Sequence record: OZ346160.1
Direction: 5' to 3' (one strand)
DNA from: a phage
Length of the DNA: 51,691 nt
Shown: positions 45,540 through 51,691 of the stretch, in pieces
Position numbering within the stretch: position 1 is the stretch's first letter
Layout of the letters: the number at the start of each line of letters is the position of its first letter
Notes under the pieces: generated by a model
The model's input: only the letters and a program-made list of their open reading frames with translations
Databases searched by the model: none
What the model was told of the DNA's origin: nothing
Translations under genes and position numbers: made by a program

Positions 45540-45721
45540 TTGTCTACGTTGTGCATGGTGATATTTACTACGACGGAGAATACTTTGAGGGAGCTTTCAG
45601 CGAATTTGATAAGGCAGAACAGCACGCTGAGACGCTTACGGATTGTTACGACGAAGTAACAATACGCGAGATAAAACTTGATGATCCAACATATGATGGC
45701 GACAAATGGAACGTAAAATGA
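45536..45721 (+). CDS. hypothetical acidic protein
   Basis: 61-aa ORF coupled to neighbours. Confidence 0.4.
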   Translation: MIVYVVHGDIYYDGEYFEGAFSEFDKAEQHAETLTDCYDEVTIREIKLDDPTYDGDKWNVK

Positions 45722-46428
45722 AAAAATACACTTTCGAACTGTGGGGCAAAAAGTACGAATTAATCACCAGCAAGCCGATTGTTATCGTTGACCTGGACGG
45801 CACATTATCGGACGGATCGCATCGTTTGCATTTGCTGCCAACTGAAAACTTGCACCTTACGGAATCGTGGCGCGAGTTTAACAGGGCCGCCGCCGGAGAT
45901 TCACCGATTAAAAGCACTATCGCGGTTATTAACGGTTTATGGGTGTCGGGATTTGCCATCGTCATCTTGACCGGACGCAGCGACGAGGTTCGCTATGAAA
46001 CCTGCAAATGGTTGAATGAGAACGGCGTGAAGTTTGACGAAATCATCATGCGCCGCCAGGAGGACAACCGAAAGGATACGGTTATTAAAGAAGAAGCCTT
46101 GCGCGCTATTGGCCTGGACAACATTGTTTGCGCCTTTGACGATTCGCCTAACGTGGTTAAGCACTTCCGCAGCTTGGGGATCACAACCTATCAGGTCACG
46201 GAATACGACAAGCCACACGCTCACATACAATCTCACGGCGTGGAATCAATCAAGATCACGAAGCGCGCCCGATTCGTCGGCAGCAAAGACAGCCTGGTCA
46301 ATGCCAGTTTTACCAGAGGAATAGCCTATGACGTTGTTTCTTATCATGACAAGAGTTTTATAGTTCATGATGATTCTGGATGCGCCTGGTCATTCAATCA
46401 TAGTGACGGCGATTTTGTTAATGCGTAA
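45718..46428 (+). CDS. HAD-superfamily phosphatase (polynucleotide 3'-phosphatase-like)
   Basis: Start MKKYTF; HAD motif I VIVDLDGTL near N-terminus. Confidence 0.6.
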   Translation: MKKYTFELWGKKYELITSKPIVIVDLDGTLSDGSHRLHLLPTENLHLTESWREFNRAAAGDSPIKSTIAVINGLWVSGFAIVILTGRSDEVRYETCKWLNENGVKFDEIIMRRQEDNRKDTVIKEEALRAIGLDNIVCAFDDSPNVVKHFRSLGITTYQVTEYDKPHAHIQSHGVESIKITKRARFVGSKDSLVNASFTRGIAYDVVSYHDKSFIVHDDSGCAWSFNHSDGDFVNA

Positions 46429-46471
46429 TAGCACTTTTTGTTAAAACATCTCAACGGGCTTGCGGTATAGT
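46427..46471 (+). promoter_or_regulatory. cassette copy
   Basis: Consensus motif after stop; hairpin GGGCTT..AAGCCC with TATAGT in loop (46466..46471). Confidence 0.5.
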
Positions 46472-46502
46472 AAGCCCATCAACAACAAACGAGGATTAAA
46501 TC

Positions 46503-46766
46503 ATGGCTAACAAGATCGAGTTTTTTAAAGCGGTAGACATTATTGATGGCGCGCCTAGCTTCTTTGCGATCCATTCTATTGACGGCAAGGATATTGGGTA
46601 CAACGTTATCCGTCGAGATGGAATATCAAAACTTAGTGACCTGGTAGGCCATATTGTGTCAATCGGGAAATGCGCATGGCCCGATTCGCCACGAGAGCCG
46701 CGCCGCCGCGACATGATTAATCCTGAATTGCTTTACACGCTGGTAGTAGAGGGAGAAAATAAATGA
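46503..46766 (+). CDS. hypothetical protein
   Basis: 87-aa ORF downstream of cassette. Confidence 0.45.
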   Translation: MANKIEFFKAVDIIDGAPSFFAIHSIDGKDIGYNVIRRDGISKLSDLVGHIVSIGKCAWPDSPREPRRRDMINPELLYTLVVEGENK

Positions 46767-46948
46767 TTTGGTTACTTGCTTTTTTGGTTGTTTTTCTTTA
46801 CATTTCAGGCTTGTTTACGTTCCGCGCGTTGGTGAAATATTCTGACGCGACAGACAAAGACGATAAAATCGTTCTCGCTTTCTGGTTTGTTTGGGTGTGG
46901 TTAGCAATTTACGAGATCATCAGAGACAAACAGAAATTTGAGTGGTGA
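46763..46948 (+). CDS. small membrane protein (two predicted TM segments)
   Basis: 61 aa, hydrophobic stretches LLAFLVVFLYISGLF and IVLAFWFVWVWLAIY. Confidence 0.4.
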   Translation: MIWLLAFLVVFLYISGLFTFRALVKYSDATDKDDKIVLAFWFVWVWLAIYEIIRDKQKFEW

Positions 46949-47158
46949 TTCTTGCTATGGCGCATTCATGCAGTGCGCCATGTTGAGAAAACCTAAAGGG
47001 GGAAATGATGCGTAACTTTGAAAAATCATTACCAAAAAGAAGCGTCGCGGATACGATGAGCATGTAGAGTTTGTGAACAAGCAACGCAAGAAGCGCAACG
47101 AAGACAAGAAGCGTGGGAAAAAATTTAATGCGATTTTTCGCTATGGAGATCATTAATC

Positions 47159-47749
47159 ATGAAACGAGACATTATCATCCTTAATGGGCCGCCAGGTTGC
47201 GGGAAGGACACTATTGCAGCTTACCTAACTGGCCATCGTTACCCTGCCGTCAAGGCGTCATTCAAACAGCCGATGTTCGATATTGCTTTTTCTATGCTGG
47301 GCGTGTACCGATACGATGAATTTATGGACCTGTACAACGACCGAGAGCAAAAAGAAAAGCCTCAAGTTATCTTGGGCGGCAAGTCACCTCGACAATTCAT
47401 GATCTGGATTAGCGAGGACGTAATGAAGCCAGTTTTTGGGGATCACTATTTCGGGCGTCGAATGGTTGAAGAGATTCACGAGATGTACCGAGATTTGGCG
47501 GTTGTGATCAGTGATGGCGGATTCCCCGAAGAAATCAAGCCGCTGGTTAAGGCAGGGCATGAAGTGCATATTTGCCGATTGCATCGCGACGGCTTCACGT
47601 TTGCTGGCGATTCGAGAGACTACATTGACCTGAGCGGTTATCACTATCGAATCCACCACTATGATTTCCACTTGCAGGACGGCAAGCCAGATCTGGCTGT
47701 AAACGAGATCGTCAATACGGTCAAATGGAAGCACACACAGATTAAATAG
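47159..47749 (+). CDS. P-loop nucleotide/polynucleotide kinase (putative)
   Basis: 196 aa; Walker A ILNGPPGCGKDT at N-terminus; same array as HAD phosphatase. Confidence 0.55.
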   Translation: MKRDIIILNGPPGCGKDTIAAYLTGHRYPAVKASFKQPMFDIAFSMLGVYRYDEFMDLYNDREQKEKPQVILGGKSPRQFMIWISEDVMKPVFGDHYFGRRMVEEIHEMYRDLAVVISDGGFPEEIKPLVKAGHEVHICRLHRDGFTFAGDSRDYIDLSGYHYRIHHYDFHLQDGKPDLAVNEIVNTVKWKHTQIK

Positions 47750-47789
47750 CACGAATTGCTAAACGCGGGGTTATCGGCCCCGCTATAAT
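47745..47789 (+). promoter_or_regulatory. cassette copy (GAATTGCTAAAC variant)
   Basis: Motif overlapping stop TAG; hairpin GCGGGG..CCCCGC; TATAAT 47784..47789. Confidence 0.55.
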
Positions 47790-47819
47790 GCTCACATCAA
47801 CAATCAAGAGGAAATCACA

Positions 47820-48200
47820 ATGGTTAACATTCGAAAAATCCGCGTCGGCACTAAATTCTTAGTTACTTACGCAATTCCAGATAGCGGAATGAAGAAGGGC
47901 CAGATTGTTAAGGTTGATAGCAAAAGGTTCGGAATCCCTGGTATCAATGGCTATCTAATCAATAGAGATCTTGGATTCGACGGCTTCGCTATCCGTGCGC
48001 TTGAGGGTATTGTTGCCACTCTTAAACGAATCACTAATCATCGCGGCTGCCCAATCAAGACGATTAAAGCGCCAGTAAATTACGGCAAACTGGATAATCG
48101 TCGAATCCGCCGCCTGGCGCGTAACGCGTTAAAATTCCGTGGCGTAGGCGATGATTTCTACTATGGATACAAGAGGATTGCGCGCAATGCTGGGAAATAA
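47820..48200 (+). CDS. hypothetical basic protein
   Basis: 126-aa ORF downstream of cassette. Confidence 0.45.
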   Translation: MVNIRKIRVGTKFLVTYAIPDSGMKKGQIVKVDSKRFGIPGINGYLINRDLGFDGFAIRALEGIVATLKRITNHRGCPIKTIKAPVNYGKLDNRRIRRLARNALKFRGVGDDFYYGYKRIARNAGK

Positions 48201-48299
48201 CAATAACGCAACGAATCCTAAGCCACCTTTTGATTTTCATTCCGCAATGATTGCGGTATTATCAATGCTACTTTTTCTTTATAGCATGAGGGCGCTACT

Positions 48300-48548
48300 A
48301 TGGTTTTTAACGCATTGAAACGAATGTTTAAGCCGGAATACCGGATCGTATTTTGCCGCGACTGTTCTACTTATCATGTGCAGCGACGCAGCTTAGGCGG
48401 CAATTGGCACTATGTTACAGACGACTTTTTCGGCATCATTGCCACTGAATTTAAGTATTACAGTGATGCTTATATGTACGTGAAGAAGCGCCACCGCTTA
48501 CGCAAGTGTCGTTTTTCCGTGCTGATTCACGTTAATGATTGTTACTGA
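48300..48548 (+). CDS. hypothetical protein (Cys-containing)
   Basis: 82-aa ORF. Confidence 0.4.
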   Translation: MVFNALKRMFKPEYRIVFCRDCSTYHVQRRSLGGNWHYVTDDFFGIIATEFKYYSDAYMYVKKRHRLRKCRFSVLIHVNDCY

Positions 48549-48738
48549 GGTGAAAATGAAAACTGGTATTATTATTCTTTTCCTGATCCTTTTCGGTAGC
48601 CATTTAACCATTAACTATGAGGGCATTATGGCCTTTTGGGGCAACTTGATGATTTTTGCCGCTGGTTCAATTACTGGCTACTCTGACGGGAAAAAGGACG
48701 GCGTTCGCAAGATGCTGATGGGACTTAAACAAAAATAA
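48535..48738 (+). CDS. small membrane protein
   Basis: 67 aa with hydrophobic segments; true start may be the internal MKTG. Confidence 0.35.
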   Translation: MIVTEVKMKTGIIILFLILFGSHLTINYEGIMAFWGNLMIFAAGSITGYSDGKKDGVRKMLMGLKQK

Positions 48739-48749
48739 GGGGATCTGAA

Positions 48750-49040
48750 ATGGCAAACAAAACTTACCGCAAACTACTGGTTAACGCTTTTGAAAACATC
48801 GCGCAGTCTAACAAGTGGAACGACTCTAAACACTCGCCAGTCACAATGAAGCGCGCCGGATTCAAAAATGCTCGTTCATGGGCGCGAGCTTTCGCAGCTT
48901 GCTATATGCCGGATGGTGGGCTAGGAACGATGAACGATTTTTTGATCAACATGATAGAGGAAGCGGCGCGAGAGGATCGACCGCTGACACAGCGAGATTT
49001 TGACGACTTCGCGCGCGATGAGCTTTACTATCTGAGCTAA
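48750..49040 (+). CDS. hypothetical protein
   Basis: 96-aa ORF; stop embedded in cassette motif. Confidence 0.45.
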   Translation: MANKTYRKLLVNAFENIAQSNKWNDSKHSPVTMKRAGFKNARSWARAFAACYMPDGGLGTMNDFLINMIEEAAREDRPLTQRDFDDFARDELYYLS

Positions 49041-49083
49041 TAGCACTTTTTGTTAAAACTTCCGCAAGGGCATTTGATAAAGT
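49039..49083 (+). promoter_or_regulatory. cassette copy
   Basis: Consensus motif after stop TAA; hairpin AAGGGCA..TGCCCTT with GATAAA in loop. Confidence 0.5.
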
Positions 49084-49115
49084 GCCCTTATTGAAGCGAA
49101 ACAGAGGAAAGCGCA

Positions 49116-49328
49116 ATGAAAATCAAAATCACCAAAATCGACACCATCAACGGCGACGGATCAATCACTCTTGAGCAATGCGGTTTGGTTGTTGGTGATG
49201 TGCTGGAGGTTGACGGTCATTTCAGCGACGGATCTTATTGTGTTATTGCGCCGCGTAACAGCGAGTTTATCAAGGCTGGCGACAATATTAGTGTTAACCA
49301 TGACGAATGCGAGGTAGTAGAAGAATGA
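49116..49328 (+). CDS. hypothetical protein
   Basis: 70-aa ORF downstream of cassette. Confidence 0.4.
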   Translation: MKIKITKIDTINGDGSITLEQCGLVVGDVLEVDGHFSDGSYCVIAPRNSEFIKAGDNISVNHDECEVVEE

Positions 49329-49588
49329 TCACGATTAACCTGTCAGAGCAGCAAGCGCGCATTATGTTAGCGGCCTTTGGCTGGCGAGATGATGACGGCA
49401 TCCAGGCAACGGTTAAAATTCCTGAGCAAGTGGCGCGTGAAGTTTTCAGCCAGCTAGAACACGCATTTGATCCTGCTGGGACTGAGCAAGCGGAAACTGC
49501 CGCATGGTTCGGAGAGAACGGATACAGAGATCAGCAAGTCGAAAACTGGAAGCGCATAAACGAGACTATGGAGGAATCAGGTTTATGA
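49325..49588 (+). CDS. hypothetical protein
   Basis: Start MITINL overlapping previous stop (ATGA). Confidence 0.4.
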   Translation: MITINLSEQQARIMLAAFGWRDDDGIQATVKIPEQVAREVFSQLEHAFDPAGTEQAETAAWFGENGYRDQQVENWKRINETMEESGL

Positions 49589-49899
49589 TTTACATTCACT
49601 ACTACCAAATCGGAACTAACGAGAACAAAAAAGAGCATCGTTTCATCCACGATGATTTGGACAAGGCAAAGGCCCAGCAACAGGTTTTAGGCGGCGTCAT
49701 TCAGGCTTTTGAGCCTGTAGAAGATATTGAGTACCGCGAGCATTTAAAAGATGTTGTTATTGATGAGATCTCTTGCTTGATTGATGATATGACAAATCAC
49801 GGCCCTGGTTCCCCGTGGGAAGACGCAGGATCTGTAACGTGGGACAAGGCCAAAATTAAGACGCTAAACAACTTTCGAGAGATTCTCGACGGTTTTTAA
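49585..49899 (+). CDS. hypothetical protein
   Basis: Start MIYIHYY with GAGGA RBS, coupled to previous gene. Confidence 0.4.
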   Translation: MIYIHYYQIGTNENKKEHRFIHDDLDKAKAQQQVLGGVIQAFEPVEDIEYREHLKDVVIDEISCLIDDMTNHGPGSPWEDAGSVTWDKAKIKTLNNFREILDGF

Positions 49900-49969
49900 T
49901 TAAAAACTCATAGCCGTTAGAGCGCCTCAATCGCATTCTAACGAGCTATTTTTCTGGTAAGGTGATTTA

Positions 49970-50098
49970 ATGGATGAGTACAAACAACCTTCGCAGTGGT
50001 GCAAAGAGAAGCAAGAAGAGGCACTGGAGCGCGGAGATGTGGAAGAAGCTATGAACTATTTCAAACTTGCGGAAGAATGGAAGGGGAGAGGATACTGA
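49970..50098 (+). CDS. hypothetical small protein (42 aa, not in ORF track)
   Basis: Hand-translated MDEYKQPSQWCKEKQEEALERGD...; AAGGTGA RBS; stop overlaps next start. Confidence 0.3.
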   Translation: MDEYKQPSQWCKEKQEEALERGDVEEAMNYFKLAEEWKGRGY

Positions 50099-50328
50099 TG
50101 TTCGGCATGAATGAGGCGCAATTCAACGCAGCTAAACGCCAGGCTAAAAAGTGCGGCGAGGCGATGAAAGCGGATGTGGAAAAGCGCGGGAAGTATGTTG
50201 ATGAAGTAATGAAGGGCATCATTGCAGAACACTACCAGCCAATCGCGCCAATGTTGACGATCACTCAATTCATTTGGCTGTGTGGTTACTTGCGCGGACG
50301 TTGGGGGAACGCTTTCGACAGGGAATGA
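50098..50328 (+). CDS. hypothetical protein
   Basis: Start MFGMNEAQ with GGGGAGAGG RBS (track 49996..50328). Confidence 0.4.
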   Translation: MFGMNEAQFNAAKRQAKKCGEAMKADVEKRGKYVDEVMKGIIAEHYQPIAPMLTITQFIWLCGYLRGRWGNAFDRE

Positions 50329-50489
50329 TTGACAACTCTTTCCTGATTGGTTAGCATGGCGTCGTTTACATAAGAGCGGCTTAGTCCGAACGCGTGACGC
50401 GATAGTCACACAACAACGGCGATATGCAGGAGGTTTTTGCATTGCAAAATAATCCGTAAGACGTATCGCCTTTTTAATGGGGATCCAAA

Positions 50490-50723
50490 ATGATTAAATA
50501 CAAATTAACCGTTTCTTTCCGTGATACCGTTATTCATCCTTTCCTCAAGAGCTTTGTTAAATGCTTTACGGTAGAAGTTACAGAGGATCAGCTAGACGGT
50601 GACGAAACTTGCATTTCTATCGGCAATGTTGCTTATCCGATTCACAACATTACCAGCATTAAGCGTGAGGTTGTCGCTGATGAATTACAAAGTAAAGATG
50701 ACGATCCGGCGAATGGGGCGTAA
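50490..50723 (+). CDS. hypothetical protein
   Basis: 77-aa ORF. Confidence 0.4.
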   Translation: MIKYKLTVSFRDTVIHPFLKSFVKCFTVEVTEDQLDGDETCISIGNVAYPIHNITSIKREVVADELQSKDDDPANGA

Positions 50724-50865
50724 TTGCCAATCATGCAAACAGGAATATGAATGCGTAGTTGATGCTCTTGATGAACTGGAAGCAGTAGCAAAAGCAAAAG
50801 AGCAATCGGGCGCTAATCCTGAAACACATCAATTTTCAATTAACCTTGTGAGGGCTTTACAATGA
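50680..50865 (+). CDS. hypothetical protein (Cys-containing)
   Basis: Start ambiguous (50680/50698/50713) within track ORF 50599..50865; overlaps previous gene. Confidence 0.3.
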   Translation: MNYKVKMTIRRMGRNCQSCKQEYECVVDALDELEAVAKAKEQSGANPETHQFSINLVRALQ

Positions 50866-51086
50866 TCGCATTATCTTTCTGCATTGGTTTTATCATGGCT
50901 ATCATTATCTTTTCCGTTGTCATGCGCTTTGCTTATAAGTTCGTGATTAATAAAGGTTGGTACGCTTCTGCCATCTGGAGCGAAAAACAAAAGAAATGGC
51001 TTGTCCGTGGTCAATACCTGATGATCGGTAGCAAGATCCTAAATTCCATTCGAGCCAAAGATGGGAAAGTAAAATATACAGCTTAA
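50862..51086 (+). CDS. small membrane protein
   Basis: 74 aa with N-terminal TM segment; strong terminator downstream. Confidence 0.4.
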   Translation: MIALSFCIGFIMAIIIFSVVMRFAYKFVINKGWYASAIWSEKQKKWLVRGQYLMIGSKILNSIRAKDGKVKYTA

Positions 51087-51118
51087 AAATCACCCGCCGC
51101 ACGGCGGGTTTTTTATTG
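51087..51118 (+). terminator. rho-independent terminator before terS promoter
   Basis: ACCCGCCG-cac-GGCGGGT followed by TTTTTTATT. Confidence 0.65.
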
Positions 51119-51127
51119 CCCGTTGTT

Positions 51128-51136
51128 TGGTATAAT
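51128..51136 (+). promoter_or_regulatory. extended -10 promoter upstream of terS
   Basis: TGgTATAAT immediately downstream of strong terminator, 30 nt upstream of ATG 51165. Confidence 0.45.
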
Positions 51137-51164
51137 CAGGCATCTAACCAAAGGAGGATTAACA

Positions 51165-51691
51165 ATGGCTAAAAACGTTGAGCCTGCTGTAAAGGCATTA
51201 AATTTCAAAGAGTTATATAATAAAACCTATGGCGATATTGTTACGCTAAACAACCGCCACAAGTACACGCCGGAACAGGTTTTTGATATGGCGATCCGCT
51301 ATTTTACGTGGGCCGAAGAGAATCACATCCAGGCGGCTGAAACAGCTTCCTTTCAGGGTGACGTGTACGAGAGCAGAGTTTACAAGCCTCGCGTTTTCAC
51401 GGTTAACGGATTCAGCTTGTATCTCGGCGTTACTGAGGCGGCTGTAAGCAAATGGCGTAAAGAGCCTGGATTCTGCGATGTGATGGAGTTTGTTGATAAA
51501 GTAATTTACGAGCAAAAATTCCAGCTTGCGGCAAATAACATGATTAACGCTGGATTTATCGGTAAAGAGATCGGAGTAGAGAAGCCAGCAACAGTGAGCG
51601 TTGAAGCGAGCGCGGCAGCTAATGCAAGCATTGACGCAGTAACTGCCGATGAGGTGAAAGAGGCTGTGATTGATATTCTGGAGCAACTTTA
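51165..51691 (+). CDS. terS: terminase small subunit (3'-partial in linear window; completes with base 1)
   Basis: ATG with AAGGAGG RBS; not in ORF track because no stop inside window; final TA plus base 1 A gives TAA overlapping terL ATG; precedes terL. Confidence 0.6.
   Translation, partial: MAKNVEPAVKALNFKELYNKTYGDIVTLNNRHKYTPEQVFDMAIRYFTWAEENHIQAAETASFQGDVYESRVYKPRVFTVNGFSLYLGVTEAAVSKWRKEPGFCDVMEFVDKVIYEQKFQLAANNMINAGFIGKEIGVEKPATVSVEASAAANASIDAVTADEVKEAVIDILEQL

Noticed and set aside
47033-47040. Possible -1 frameshift at CCAAAAAGA in the 46949..47158 gap
   Set aside because: The sequence does not fit the X_XXY_YYZ slippery pattern in the upstream frame and no second structural signal is evident

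Overview
The window reads as a complete, circularly closed genome of a virulent T1-like siphophage (about 51.7 kb), linearised at the terminase boundary: the final two bases (TA) plus base 1 (A) form the stop codon of the 3'-truncated small terminase gene, overlapping the ATG of the large terminase (TAATG). No integrase, repressor, tRNA, rRNA or CRISPR array was seen. Layout: packaging, head and tail morphogenesis on the + strand (1..21049, with an HNH endonuclease inserted between the I-like and J-like tail genes); a Cor-like lipoprotein (-); a recombination block (exonuclease, Erf-like annealing protein, SSB); a tail fibre on the - strand; primase (-) and helicase, VRR-NUC nuclease, Dam methylase, a pinholin/SAR-endolysin/u-spanin lysis cassette (+); a - strand array of small genes including a C5-cytosine methyltransferase and a large P-loop NTPase (34692..42136); and a + strand array of small genes including a HAD phosphatase and a P-loop kinase (42817..51086). 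The most striking feature is a 21-nt motif (AATAGCACTTTTTGTTAAAAC) present in at least 22 copies, usually overlapping the upstream stop codon and followed by a GC-rich hairpin and a -10-like hexamer at a fixed offset. Two paralogous AT-rich regulatory regions (about 21490..21790 and 42480..42790) each end in a near-consensus sigma70 promoter, and the second is preceded by TAATCA iterons at 10-bp spacing. All functional calls rest on motifs, gene order and recalled family features; no database search was run, and self-derived coordinates may be off by 1-3 bases.
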